Source of the DNA: Bryobacterales bacterium
Lineage (GTDB): Bacteria > Acidobacteriota > Terriglobia > Bryobacterales > Bryobacteraceae
Length of the DNA stretch: 64,000 nt
Direction of reading: 5' to 3'
NCBI GenBank assembly: GCA_963698105.1
Contig: CAVOPN010000015.1
Coordinates: 154,692-218,691 of the forward strand
Made by a program: the position numbers and the translations under genes. Positions within the stretch are counted from its first letter, which is position 1, and the number at the start of each line of letters is the position of its first letter. The notes below the pieces were generated by a model. That model made no database searches, was not told the origin of the DNA, and saw only the letters and a list, made by a program, of their open reading frames with translations. Below, in pieces: positions 1-9,533 of the stretch.

Positions 1-63
1 GCCCAGCAACTCCCGATCGCCGATCAGGTCCCATAAAATTTCGCCGATGCTCGCGACGCGCAC
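1..63 (-). CDS. PfkB-family carbohydrate kinase, N-terminal 21 codons only (gene runs off the window)
   Basis: Minus-strand GTG at 63-61 directly follows the TAA of the upstream gene. It translates VRVASIGEILWDLIGDRELLG, a typical start for fructokinase/ribokinase-like PfkB kinases. Confidence 0.4.
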   Translation of the reverse strand, partial: MRVASIGEILWDLIGDRELLG

Positions 64-2235
64 TTAGCGAACGAAGGCTTCCTGCAAGCCTCCGTCGACC
101 TGCACGGTCTGCCCGGTGATTTTCGAGGAGCGGTCTGAGAGCAGGAAATACGCGGCCTCCGCCTGGTCCTCCGGTGTGATCGCCGCCTTGGTCAGCGTCC
201 GTTGTGCATAGTAGTTCGCGAGCTTATCGCGCAGCGATTCGTCCGTCTCCGTCTCCTGGAACTTGATATCGTATTTGACCAGCGACGCAATCACGCGATC
301 GCGCGGGAACATCGTCGATCCGGCGACCACCGTTGCGGGAGCCAGCGCATTCACGCGCACCAGCGGCGACAATTCGACCGCCAGTCCGCGCACCAGATGA
401 TTCGCCGCGGCCTTCGACGCATCATAGGCGAGCGAACCTTTTTTCGCCACCACCGCGTTCACGCTGGTCGTAAGCACCATGCTTCCGCGCAATCCCTGCC
501 GCGCGAAAACGTGCCGCGCCTCATCGCCCACCAGATACCCGCCCATCACATTTACGTCGAACGTCAGCTTCCATTGATCGTCCGTCACGTGGCCGGTGCG
601 GTCCGGCGGCACATACACGCCCGCGGTCACAACAATGCTATCGAAGCCTCCATAGGCGAGCACCGCCTGCTTCAGCATTTCGCGAACACTGGCCCGATCG
701 GTGATGTTGACCGCCACGCCAATCGCGGGTCCGCAGCCCGAAATACCCGTGCCGGCGACGCCGATGCCCACGCCGTAGATTTTCGTCAGCTCCCTTGCCG
801 TGGCCTCCGCCGCATTTTTATCCAGGTCCGCGCAAACCACGTGCGCGCCTTCCTTCGCCACGCGATGCGCGATCGCTCGACCGATGCCGTTGCCCGCGCC
901 GGCCACGATCACCACGTTGCGCGCCATCTCTTTTTCCGGCGGCATCCGCTTCAGCTTCGCTTCTTCCAGCAGCCAGTATTCGATGTCGAACGCCTCCTGC
1001 TGCGGCAGCGCGATATATTCGTCGATCGCCTCCGCCCCGCGCATCACTTCCACCGCGCAGTTGTAGAACTCGGCGGTAACGCGCGATTCGCTCTTGTCCT
1101 TTCCGAAGGCGATCATGCCGATGCCGGGAATCAGAATCACGGTGGGATTCGGGTCGCGCATAGCCGGCGAATTCGGATGCTTCGACCGCTCATAATACGC
1201 CGCGTAATCCTTGCGATACTGCTCTAAACCCGCCGTCAGCTTGGTTTTCAACCCATCCAGATTTTCTTTCTGCGGATTCCAATCGATATAAAGAGGCTTG
1301 ATTTTCGTGCGTAAAAAATGATCCGGACACGAAGTTCCCAATTCCGCCAGGCGCGCGGCGTCATGGCTGTTCATGAATCGCAGAATGGTCGGATCGGATT
1401 GCAGCGTCGCGATGAACCGCTTCTTTTTCGAAACCTCTCCACGCAGCCAGGGCAGCAGCTCGAACAACAATTCGTCGCGCTCGGCGTCCGGAATCGTCTC
1501 GTATTTCTTGCCGCCGAAAGTCTTCTCGCCCTTATCGCGCGCTTCAATATAATCCGCCGCCTTCTCGATCAGAGCGAGCGTCAGCTCGTAGCACTCCTTA
1601 TCGTCGTTGGCCCAATTAATCAGGCCGTGCTGACCCAGAATCACGCCCTTGCCCTTTTGTTCCGCCTTGGCGATTCGTTCCAGTTCCAGGCCCAGCTCAA
1701 AACCGGGCCGCAGCCAGGGCGTCCAGGTAATCTCGTCGCCGAAAATCTCTTTGGTCAACTCCTTCGACCGCTTCGAGGCCGCCACCGCGATCACCGAATT
1801 CGGATGCATGTGGTCCACGAATTTCTGAGGAACGAACGAATGCAGCGTCGTATCGATCGACGATGCACGCGGATTCAAGTTGAACGTGCAGTGCGTGAAC
1901 AGGCCCACCATCATGTCTTCATGCGGAGTCTTCGGACCCTTTTCCTGACCCGCCGCGTAGATCGATTGCAGCGCCAGCAGCTTGTCCTGATAGAGCGACG
2001 AAAAGTTTTCAAGCTTGCTGGTCCGCAAGTCCCCGCCCGATCCCTTCACCCACAGCACCTCGATTTCCCGGCCCGTCAACGGATCTTTTTCCATCAGCTT
2101 CGACGACGTATTTCCCCCGCCTGTATTGGTGATGCGCTGATCGGACCCCAGCAGATTCGAGCGATACACCAGCCGCTCCGCCGGTGACAGAGAGTTCGCC
2201 TTCTGGTCGTCCCAGAGGTAATTTACATGTTTCAT
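64..2235 (-). CDS. bifunctional class II aldolase (rhamnulose-1-phosphate aldolase-like) / short-chain dehydrogenase
   Basis: 781-aa ORF. The likely true start is MKHVNYLWDD (ATG at 2235). The N-terminal half is aldolase/adducin-like. The C-terminal half is an SDR with the Rossmann motif GAGNGIGRA and an SxnYxxxK-type site (YDASKAA). Confidence 0.85.
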   Translation of the reverse strand: MKHVNYLWDDQKANSLSPAERLVYRSNLLGSDQRITNTGGGNTSSKLMEKDPLTGREIEVLWVKGSGGDLRTSKLENFSSLYQDKLLALQSIYAAGQEKGPKTPHEDMMVGLFTHCTFNLNPRASSIDTTLHSFVPQKFVDHMHPNSVIAVAASKRSKELTKEIFGDEITWTPWLRPGFELGLELERIAKAEQKGKGVILGQHGLINWANDDKECYELTLALIEKAADYIEARDKGEKTFGGKKYETIPDAERDELLFELLPWLRGEVSKKKRFIATLQSDPTILRFMNSHDAARLAELGTSCPDHFLRTKIKPLYIDWNPQKENLDGLKTKLTAGLEQYRKDYAAYYERSKHPNSPAMRDPNPTVILIPGIGMIAFGKDKSESRVTAEFYNCAVEVMRGAEAIDEYIALPQQEAFDIEYWLLEEAKLKRMPPEKEMARNVVIVAGAGNGIGRAIAHRVAKEGAHVVCADLDKNAAEATARELTKIYGVGIGVAGTGISGCGPAIGVAVNITDRASVREMLKQAVLAYGGFDSIVVTAGVYVPPDRTGHVTDDQWKLTFDVNVMGGYLVGDEARHVFARQGLRGSMVLTTSVNAVVAKKGSLAYDASKAAANHLVRGLAVELSPLVRVNALAPATVVAGSTMFPRDRVIASLVKYDIKFQETETDESLRDKLANYYAQRTLTKAAITPEDQAEAAYFLLSDRSSKITGQTVQVDGGLQEAFVR

Positions 2236-2291
2236 GCGTATATTTGTTAGGATATCAACGCCAGTGCCACTCGCTGGCTTAAGCTTAAGGT

Positions 2292-2945
2292 ATGCGATTG
2301 TTTTTCGCGACCGCGGCCGCCATACTGCTGGCGGCGCAGCTTGCCGCGCAGGACCAGCCTTGGCGTTCCCTGTTCGATGGAACCACCTCGAAAGGCTGGT
2401 TGGAAGCATCGGGTAAACCGTTTCCCACGCATTCCTGGACCATCGAGGACGGCTGCCTTAAAGCATTGGTCCCCACCGGCGGCTTCGAAAATATCCGCAC
2501 CGTCGACACTTTTAAATCCTTCGAGCTGCAATTTGAATGGAAGCTCGCCAAGCTGGGAAAATCCGGCGTGAAGTATCTGATTCAGCGCGTGGATGATTCC
2601 ACCGCCCGCGGCTTGGAATATAAATTGGTGGATATCGACGCATCCGGCGCCATCGATCCCACTCGCATCACCGGCGCGCTCTGCTCGCTCCTTGCGCCCT
2701 CGAATGCAAACTGGCGAATCGCGGTATTCAACGAATCGCGTCTGATCGTGCACGGCGGTCACGTGGAGCACTGGCTGAACGGCGTAAAGGTGCTGAGCTA
2801 CGAAACCACCAATCCCGCCATTCAATCCGCTCTGCGCAAAGACGCGAGCCCGCAAACTCCGCTAGTGACGGAAAGTCCGATCGGTTTCGAGAACCACTCG
2901 TCGGAAGTGTGGTTCAGAAATATCAAAATCCGCGCCCTGCCCTGA
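2292..2945 (+). CDS. secreted DUF1080 (3-keto-disaccharide hydrolase-like) domain protein
   Basis: Signal peptide MRLFFATAAAILLAAQLAAQ, then WRSLFDGTTSKGW...SGVKY...HWLNGVKV...FRNIKIR, typical of the DUF1080 lectin/glucanase-fold family. Confidence 0.75.
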   Translation: MRLFFATAAAILLAAQLAAQDQPWRSLFDGTTSKGWLEASGKPFPTHSWTIEDGCLKALVPTGGFENIRTVDTFKSFELQFEWKLAKLGKSGVKYLIQRVDDSTARGLEYKLVDIDASGAIDPTRITGALCSLLAPSNANWRIAVFNESRLIVHGGHVEHWLNGVKVLSYETTNPAIQSALRKDASPQTPLVTESPIGFENHSSEVWFRNIKIRALP

Positions 2946-2957
2946 TCCGAAGTGAGT

Positions 2958-2980
2958 AGGGCAGGTCCCCGACCTGCCCT
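2958..2980. terminator. 10-bp perfect palindrome AGGGCAGGTC-CCC-GACCTGCCCT between convergent genes (repeat family A); candidate bidirectional terminator
   Basis: Sits between the stop of the DUF1080 gene (2945, +) and the stop of the M1 peptidase gene (2984, -). A near-identical palindrome occurs at 45468-45490. Confidence 0.45.
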
Positions 2981-2983
2981 CTG

Positions 2984-5593
2984 TTATTGCCTCGCGAAAT
3001 ACGCCGCGATATCCGCCGCTTGCGCCGCCTTCTCCGCTTCGCACAGCCGGATTCCTTCTAGCGTCTGCTGGTAAATCCGCGGCCCCCCCGTGAATTTCTT
3101 CGCCCGCCCTCCGAAAAAGGCGATGTACTCTTTTTCCGAAGCCGCATCGCAAAACGAACCCGCCGAATGAGGCAGCACCGCGCCAAAATCCGACCCCCCG
3201 CCGCTCGGCGCCCGTTTCAGGATCGCCTCGTAGTTCGCCTTCACGAACTCGAAAGGCATCCGTTCCGTCGCCGGATCGTCCAACCCGGAATAGAGCAGCA
3301 CCGCCGTTTCCCGTGTATCGATGTCGGAATGGATCACTAAATCCAGCGCCGCCGCCACCAGACTGGGATTACGAAACGAACCCAAGGCTCCAATAATCGC
3401 ACTGCGCTGCCGCAGGTCCTTTGTTTTCTTCAATTCGCCTACTAGCTCGTCGAAAAGACCGCGATCCCCGTGTTCCGCCGCCGTCGATAGAACGGATCGA
3501 AGCATATCGGAGTCCACCCCTGTCCCATCCTTTAACCACTGCTCGGCCAATTGCCGCGCCTCCTCCCCCAGGGTCGCGTCATATCGCGCCACAAACGGAA
3601 CCAGGTTGGGTCGCAGCAGACGCGTCTCCAGATCCTCGCCGGGTTTCGCCGACCACCCCAGTGCCCGCGCCCGTTCGCCAAAAACCTTCTCGACGAAGCG
3701 CCCGTAGTTCGGCTTCAACGCCTCCGGGACGAACCGTCTTGGACCCTCTATGATATCCTTCGCTTCCGTAACGATTTGGCGCTCCGAAGATTTCGCAAAC
3801 GTAACCGCAGCATCCAGAGCGCGGCTGATCTTCACATCGCCCGATCCGGCAAGCGACGAAACGTCGTGTAACAGCGTCAACTGCTCCGCCGGGTTCAGAA
3901 AGTCCGAACCCTGGTCGACCATCTTGTCCAGCAGGTTGCCTTGATAGAAAGAAATGTAATAACCCGACGCATTTTCGTTCGCCGCGAGCCACGACGGACA
4001 TCCCGACGCCTTCGTTAATTTGAACTCCGCATTCGTTTTATCCAGCAGAAAACATTGCTGTTCGACTCCGTTTGCGCCCCGATAACGCACGCAAACGGGA
4101 ACCTGCCACGTCTCTTTGGTGGACCCTTTCGACCCTAGCGGAAGATAGCGTTTCTGGCTGAGCGCCACCGCGGGCGCACCATCGCACTTCAGTGTCACTG
4201 AAACTTCCGGCACCCCCGGCTGATTCAAGAATGTCTGAAACGCCGCGCTCAGCCGAGGCTGCCCGGTTTGCGCGATCGCATCCAGAAAGTCGCTCATCCG
4301 GGCGTTCTTGAACGCATAGCGCTTCAAATAGGCGGTAACGCCGCTTTGAAACTGCTTTTCCCCGGTCCAAACCTCGAACATTCTAATAACCGCCGCGCCT
4401 TTTTCATAAGTAATATCGTCAAAAGCGTTCGAAATGTCGTCGTTAGTAAGGATCTCCTGGTGGATTTTACGGGTGGAAACCAGGCTGTCCTCGCTCATCG
4501 CGCCGAACTTCGCATTCAGGTCGCCCAGACGCGTCTTCCATTCAGGTTTCCACTCCGCCAGGATCTTCGAAGAGGTCCACGTGGCGAAGGCTTCGTTCAG
4601 CCAAGTATCGTCCCACCACGCGAGCGTCACTAAGTCGCCAAACCATTGATGTGCAAGTTCATGCGCGCCATCGCTAGCGTAAAGCCGGCGGCGCTGCTCG
4701 GTGTCAGTCGCGGGGTCTGCCAGCAGGATGTTCTCCGCGTAAGTGATCAGCCCGGCGTTTTCCATGGCCCCGAATCCGTAGGTCAGCGGGATGGCGATGC
4801 TGTCGCTCTTTTCATAAGGATAGGGGATTCCGAAATAATCCTGTAAGCGCTCGATCAAAGTGTGAGTTATTTCAGCGGCATATTGAGCATCCTTTGATTT
4901 ACCTTTTGGCGTAATGATGCGCACTTTGACGCCATTTAATCCCACTGAACCCGCGTCCACCACATCAAAAGGTCCCACTGCGAACGCTACCAGATAGCTA
5001 GGTAACGGTTTGGTCGGCGCAAAGACCACTTTTTTCATCCCGCCGGCTTCTTCGGTCTCCGAAACCTGCGGCGTGTTCGCGAATGCCCTGTCGCCGGACC
5101 TTACGTGCAGCGTGATCTGCCACGGCGTTTTGAATCCCGGCTCGTCGAAACAGGGAAACGCGCGCCGCGCATCGATTTCCTCGAACTGGGTGAACAGATA
5201 GTCGATGTCTCCGTCCCGTCCCTGGAAAATCCCCTCGCTGCTCTTCGGGCTGATCTTCCCGGAGTACTCGACGTGCAGCTTCGCGGGTCCAGCGGGAATG
5301 TTCGACGGCGCGCGCAGGGAGATGAAGTCTTCGTTCACCTGCTTGACGGCCAGCTTGCTCTCCTTCACCTCCGCAGCCGAGATTTGCAGTTCCTTTGCAT
5401 TGAGATAGAACAGCGTCGTGGGAGCCGTGAAGATGACATCGATATCGATACTGGCTTTGAACGTGGGAGCATCCGGCAATAATGTGAGCTCCGCCGCGTA
5501 CCGGACAGGGCGCACGCCCTCCGGCAACCGCAAAGTGGGCGTAGCCGCCATCGCGGTCGACATCAATATGAGCCAAGGGAGGCTGAGCCGCAC
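2984..5593 (-). CDS. pepN: M1-family zinc aminopeptidase (aminopeptidase N-like), secreted
   Basis: GAMEN exopeptidase motif (FGAMENAGL) and the HELAHQWFG...E zinc-binding HEXXH-18-E motif. N-terminal signal peptide. GTG start at 5593. Confidence 0.85.
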   Translation of the reverse strand: MRLSLPWLILMSTAMAATPTLRLPEGVRPVRYAAELTLLPDAPTFKASIDIDVIFTAPTTLFYLNAKELQISAAEVKESKLAVKQVNEDFISLRAPSNIPAGPAKLHVEYSGKISPKSSEGIFQGRDGDIDYLFTQFEEIDARRAFPCFDEPGFKTPWQITLHVRSGDRAFANTPQVSETEEAGGMKKVVFAPTKPLPSYLVAFAVGPFDVVDAGSVGLNGVKVRIITPKGKSKDAQYAAEITHTLIERLQDYFGIPYPYEKSDSIAIPLTYGFGAMENAGLITYAENILLADPATDTEQRRRLYASDGAHELAHQWFGDLVTLAWWDDTWLNEAFATWTSSKILAEWKPEWKTRLGDLNAKFGAMSEDSLVSTRKIHQEILTNDDISNAFDDITYEKGAAVIRMFEVWTGEKQFQSGVTAYLKRYAFKNARMSDFLDAIAQTGQPRLSAAFQTFLNQPGVPEVSVTLKCDGAPAVALSQKRYLPLGSKGSTKETWQVPVCVRYRGANGVEQQCFLLDKTNAEFKLTKASGCPSWLAANENASGYYISFYQGNLLDKMVDQGSDFLNPAEQLTLLHDVSSLAGSGDVKISRALDAAVTFAKSSERQIVTEAKDIIEGPRRFVPEALKPNYGRFVEKVFGERARALGWSAKPGEDLETRLLRPNLVPFVARYDATLGEEARQLAEQWLKDGTGVDSDMLRSVLSTAAEHGDRGLFDELVGELKKTKDLRQRSAIIGALGSFRNPSLVAAALDLVIHSDIDTRETAVLLYSGLDDPATERMPFEFVKANYEAILKRAPSGGGSDFGAVLPHSAGSFCDAASEKEYIAFFGGRAKKFTGGPRIYQQTLEGIRLCEAEKAAQAADIAAYFARQ

Positions 5594-6261
5594 TATTGAT
5601 CCCCTTCCTGAAACAATCGGACGCCCCCTTTTTGTGCGTTCGAGTTCTCGCCCAGGCGCGCACCTGGCGGCAAATCCTTCAACAACTTCGCGTTGCCGCC
5701 GCCGAGGATAACGTAATCGGCCTCCAGCGCCGCTTTCAATTTCTCAACGACGTCGGTCACGTGACGCGCCCAGCGTTTCTTACCCAGGCGTTCGAGACCG
5801 CGCAGGCCCACGTAATCTTCATACGTCCGGCCTTTCTTATACGGTAAATGCGCCAGTTCCATCGGTTCCAGATCCCCGTCGACGATCATCGCGGACCCCA
5901 GACCCGTGCCCAGTCCGAGGAATAACATGCGTCCTCCCTCATAACTGCCCAGGGCCTGCATTGCCGCGTCGTTCACCAGTTTGACGGGTTTGCCCAGGGC
6001 TTTTCGAAAATCGAAGCCAACCCAGCCGCAGCCCAGATTGTGGGGCTCCCCAACGGGGCGTCCATGCAGCACCGGACCCGGATAACCGATCGCGACCGCG
6101 TCATATTTCCAACCGTTCGTAGCTTTTTTGACCGCGGCGATCATTAGCTCAGGCGTCATCGCGGACCCCGAGTCGATCTTCACGATATCCTTCCGGTCAC
6201 TGGCGGCGATCTTCACGTGCGTACCGCCGACATCGATCACCAGGACCGTCTTAGCGGGCAT
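5593..6261 (-). CDS. ROK-family sugar kinase (short polyphosphate-glucokinase-like form)
   Basis: Likely start MPAKTVLVIDVGGTHVKI (ATG at 6261). ATP-binding DxGGT motif and LGLGTGLGSA. Overlaps rpiB by 11 nt and the peptidase start by 1 nt. Confidence 0.7.
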   Translation of the reverse strand: MPAKTVLVIDVGGTHVKIAASDRKDIVKIDSGSAMTPELMIAAVKKATNGWKYDAVAIGYPGPVLHGRPVGEPHNLGCGWVGFDFRKALGKPVKLVNDAAMQALGSYEGGRMLFLGLGTGLGSAMIVDGDLEPMELAHLPYKKGRTYEDYVGLRGLERLGKKRWARHVTDVVEKLKAALEADYVILGGGNAKLLKDLPPGARLGENSNAQKGGVRLFQEGDQ

Positions 6262-6706
6262 ACTTCTCCTCGATCGCCTTGACCTTGGCGATGCGCCGGA
6301 CGTGCCGCGCTTCGTTCGAGAACTTCGCACCGACGTACGCATTAACCAGTTCCTCGGCCATGGCTTCGCCGATCACGCGTCCCCCCAGCACCAGCATGTT
6401 CATGTTGTCGTGCTCCACTCCCTGATGCGCGGAGTAGGTATCGTGGCACAGCCCCGCGCGAATCCCGGGAATTTTGTTCGCGGCCACCGATGCGCCGACG
6501 CCGCTGCCGCACAGCAGAATCGCTTTATCGGCGCCCCCTTCGAGGATCACCTTGCCGAGAGCTTCCGCGAAGTCGGGATAGTCGTCGGGATGAGTGCTGT
6601 CGTAGGCGCCCAAGTCCTGTACTTCGTGACCCTGCGCGGTGAGGAACTGTTTGATGTGTGCTTTGAGGTCGAACCCGGCATGATCACCGGCGATAGAGAT
6701 ACGCAT
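6251..6706 (-). CDS. rpiB: ribose-5-phosphate isomerase B
   Basis: 151 aa starting MRISIAGDHAGFDLK, with LCGSGVGASVAANK and the GGRVIG motif typical of RpiB/LacAB. The longer 282-aa ORF is an unsupported N-terminal extension. Confidence 0.9.
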   Translation of the reverse strand: MRISIAGDHAGFDLKAHIKQFLTAQGHEVQDLGAYDSTHPDDYPDFAEALGKVILEGGADKAILLCGSGVGASVAANKIPGIRAGLCHDTYSAHQGVEHDNMNMLVLGGRVIGEAMAEELVNAYVGAKFSNEARHVRRIAKVKAIEEKYAR

Positions 6707-6714
6707 TTCACCTG

Positions 6715-6720
6715 TATAAT
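6715..6720 (+). promoter_or_regulatory. perfect TATAAT -10 hexamer 10 nt upstream of the ATG at 6731
   Basis: Lies in the 24-nt divergent spacer between rpiB and the serine hydrolase gene. There is no Shine-Dalgarno sequence between it and the ATG. Confidence 0.35.
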
Positions 6721-6730
6721 AGCGCCAATT

Positions 6731-8275
6731 ATGAGATTTATTCTCTTTTTGGCAATCGCCGTTTCCGCCTTCGCACAGGAATCGATTGATGCGGTGGTGG
6801 AAAAAGCCCGCAAGGTGTTCGACGTTCCGGGTATCGCCGTGGCCGTGGTGAAAGACGACCGTGTCGTGCTCGCCAAAGGGTTCGGCGTGCGCAAGCTGGG
6901 CGATCCCGCCCCGGTGACGGTGAACACTTTGTTCGGAATCGCGTCGAACACCAAGGCGTTCACGGCCGCGTCGCTCGCGATGCTGGTGGATGAAGGAAAG
7001 ATCCACTGGAGCGATCGCGTGATCGATCATCTGCCCTCCTTCCAGATGTCCGACGCCTATGTCAGCCGCGAGATGAGGGTGAAAGATCTGTTGGTCCACC
7101 GTAGCGGACTCGCGCTGGGCGCGGGCGACCTGATGTTTTTCCCAGCCTCCGATTTATCGAGCGACGAGATCGTGAAGCGCCTGCGCTACGTGCCGCTCGA
7201 TACAAGTTTTCGCAGCGCCTACGCGTACGACAACGTTCTTTATCTGGTTGCCGGAAAATTGATGGAAGCCGTCAGCGGCAAGCCTTGGGCCACGTTCGTG
7301 AAGGAGCGGATTTTTGCGCCTCTGGGTATGTCGGCCACCAAGACCAGCATCAGCGATATCAAGCCCGGCGACGATTTCGCCGCTTCGCACGCGCATGTCG
7401 ACGGCGTGCTGGCGGAGGTCCGGCCGAGCGTGCTCGATAATAACGCTCCCGCGGGCGCCATTCAATCGAGCGTCGCGGATATGTCCAAGTGGATCATCAT
7501 GCAATTGAACCGCGGCGAGATTCCCGGCGGCAAACGGCTGTTCAGCGTAGCGCGATCCAAAGAAATGTGGTCGGAGGTCACGCCGATCCCGATCAACGAT
7601 CCTCCTCCGCAGCTTCCGGCGTTGAAGATGAACTTCTCGTCTTACGCGCTCGGCTGGTCAGTCAACGATTATCGAGGCTACAAGCTGGTATGGCACACCG
7701 GCGGACTTTCAGGGATGGTGTCGCGCGTCACCATGGTGCCGGATCTCAAGCTGGGTGTGATCGTGCTTACCAATCAGGAAGCGGGCGGAGCGTTTTCTTC
7801 GATCACCATGTCGATTCTCGATCAGTATATGAACGCTCCGCCGACGGACTGGGTGGCGGGCTACGACGCGGCGGTGAAGAGCCGCGAGGCAAGCGTCGGC
7901 GAGATCCTGAAGAAGACCAGCGCGAAGCGGAATGCCGCTTCAAAGCCGTCCCTTGCGCCAGCCGGTTATGCCGGACGCTACCGCGATCCCTGGTATGGCG
8001 ACGTGACTATTAAAGAGGAAGGCGGCAAGCTCATCATGCGCTTCACGCATTCGCCGGATCTGACAGGCGAGCTGGAGCACTGGCAATACGACACGTTCAT
8101 CGCGCGCTGGAAGGATCGTTCGCTGAACGCGGACGCGTATGTGACATTTTCCTTGAAGCCCGACGGGTCAGTAGACCAAATAAAAATGGCCGCAGTGTCC
8201 CCGCTAACGGATTTCAGCTTCGATTTTCACCATTTAGCGTTGAAGCCGGTGGGCGATGTGGCGGCGTACGATTAA
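6731..8275 (+). CDS. secreted serine hydrolase, class C beta-lactamase / S12 peptidase family with a Pab87-type C-terminal domain
   Basis: Start MRFILFLAIAVSAFAQ (signal peptide). SxxK motif SNTK, YDN (YxN) motif and HTGG (KTG-like) box. The C-terminal lipocalin-like part reads AGRYRDPWYGDVTIKEEGGKLIMRF. Confidence 0.85.
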   Translation: MRFILFLAIAVSAFAQESIDAVVEKARKVFDVPGIAVAVVKDDRVVLAKGFGVRKLGDPAPVTVNTLFGIASNTKAFTAASLAMLVDEGKIHWSDRVIDHLPSFQMSDAYVSREMRVKDLLVHRSGLALGAGDLMFFPASDLSSDEIVKRLRYVPLDTSFRSAYAYDNVLYLVAGKLMEAVSGKPWATFVKERIFAPLGMSATKTSISDIKPGDDFAASHAHVDGVLAEVRPSVLDNNAPAGAIQSSVADMSKWIIMQLNRGEIPGGKRLFSVARSKEMWSEVTPIPINDPPPQLPALKMNFSSYALGWSVNDYRGYKLVWHTGGLSGMVSRVTMVPDLKLGVIVLTNQEAGGAFSSITMSILDQYMNAPPTDWVAGYDAAVKSREASVGEILKKTSAKRNAASKPSLAPAGYAGRYRDPWYGDVTIKEEGGKLIMRFTHSPDLTGELEHWQYDTFIARWKDRSLNADAYVTFSLKPDGSVDQIKMAAVSPLTDFSFDFHHLALKPVGDVAAYD

Positions 8276-8323
8276 CCTGCTCGCTTGCGTCACTGCGCTT
8301 CACGGAGTAGCTTTAAATAAGCT

Positions 8324-8542
8324 GTGAGTAAATTGGATTCCATTGTCGAGGAGTTGAAGGCTCTGCCGCCAGATCGATTGGAAAGCGCGGCGGATTACAT
8401 CCATCGGCTGAAAACGATCACGCGCGCAGAAAGGGGCGCGATCATTGAGGGCACAGCGGGATCACTCACTTCTGAAGAAGGCGACGAGCTGGCGCGGATC
8501 ATTGAAGACGCGTGCAAACGGATGGATGAACCCGCCGGGTAG
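8324..8542 (+). CDS. putative type II antitoxin (VapB-like partner of the downstream PIN gene)
   Basis: 72-aa acidic ORF with a GTG start. Its stop overlaps the ATG (8526) of the PIN-domain reading frame, a typical TA arrangement. Confidence 0.45.
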   Translation: MSKLDSIVEELKALPPDRLESAADYIHRLKTITRAERGAIIEGTAGSLTSEEGDELARIIEDACKRMDEPAG

Positions 8543-8921
8543 CGTTCTGCCCGGACACCACGATCGTGGTTGATCATCTGCGAGGCAAATCTCCGCTTCT
8601 GATTGAACGATTCAGGCAAACCAGCACACTATACCTGCCGGCGACGGCTTTGGGTGAGCTTCTGTATGGAGCTTACTCGTCGGCGTTCAAAGTCAAGAGT
8701 CTTCAACAAATCGAAATTTTCCTTCGGCTCTGTGCCATTCTTGGAATCGACAATCAAACGGCCGACTACTACGGGTCAACTCGGAATTAGGACGTATCGG
8801 AAACCCCATCCCGCAAAACGATGCCTGGATTGCCGCCGTGGCGATGCAGCACGATTTGCCCCTGGCAACGCGTGATAAGCATTTTTCGTTCGTTGCCGGT
8901 TTGATTTTGTTGAACTGGTGA
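8526..8921 (+). pseudogene. vapC: vapC (PIN-domain toxin) disrupted by two frameshifts
   Basis: Three frame segments together form one PIN domain: MNPPGSVL (frame 0), then PDTTIVVDHLRGKSPLL...ADYYG (frame 1), then RVNSELGRIGNPIPQNDAWIAAVAMQHDLPLATRDKHFSFVAGLILLNW (frame 0). The shifts lie near 8550 and 8772. Confidence 0.6.
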
Positions 8922-8978
8922 TCTCTAGACTTTTCGTTTCTGATATACTGCTGCGTCTGATAAGACGGAGCAACTAAC

Positions 8979-9440
8979 ATGCAAAACCTCCCCAGACTAC
9001 TCATCGCCGCCGCGATCACCGCAGTAGCCATGCTCGCCGCGGACACTTCAGTTGGAACCTGGAAGCTGAATTCCGCGAAATCCACGTCCACCAGTTCGAA
9101 TGCGCTCAAGAGCCGAACAGAAGTCATTGAGAGCACTTCCGATGGCGGCTTTAAAGCCACCCGGACCGACGGACGCACCAACGGGAACATGAGTTACAGC
9201 TTCACCTTCAAATACGACGGCAAGGAATATCCCGTGACCGGAGCTCTGTTCGATACGATCTCTCAAAAGCGGGTCGATGCCAACACTACGACGATTGAGG
9301 TTAAGAAACACGGAAGCCCGTACCACCAGACCGGCCGGGTCGTCGTTTCAAAAGATGGCAAAACCCGCACCATGACCGTGAAAGGCATAGACGCGCAAGG
9401 CAAGCCCGTGACCGCGACCTACGTGTTTGACAAGCAGTAA
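8979..9440 (+). CDS. hypothetical secreted beta-rich protein
   Basis: GGAG 8 nt upstream of the ATG. Signal peptide MQNLPRLLIAAAITAVAMLAA. No recognisable catalytic motif. Confidence 0.55.
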   Translation: MQNLPRLLIAAAITAVAMLAADTSVGTWKLNSAKSTSTSSNALKSRTEVIESTSDGGFKATRTDGRTNGNMSYSFTFKYDGKEYPVTGALFDTISQKRVDANTTTIEVKKHGSPYHQTGRVVVSKDGKTRTMTVKGIDAQGKPVTATYVFDKQ

Positions 9441-9533
9441 AACGGCGAATGCCGCGCCATGCTAAACTGACTTCCTAATTGATCGCCCTTCCCCGTCAGA
9501 AGCGGCAAACCTGAGCCAAGGGTGGGGATTGTC

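Noticed and set aside
6128-6730. N-terminal 200-aa extension of the serine hydrolase ORF (the ORF track starts at 6128). Similar extensions occur at 2236-2409, 21274-21345, 49596-49826, 54860-54901, 63590-63637 and 11957-12004.
   Set aside because: The extensions overlap well-supported genes on the other strand or repeat elements. The proteins have obvious native starts (signal peptides or family-typical N-termini) further downstream.
8545-8780. The idea that the paired frameshifts in the vapC genes are programmed ribosomal frameshifts.
   Set aside because: I saw no slippery heptamer or downstream stimulatory structure at the shift sites. Each gene would need two shifts, and decay of toxin genes is the simpler explanation.
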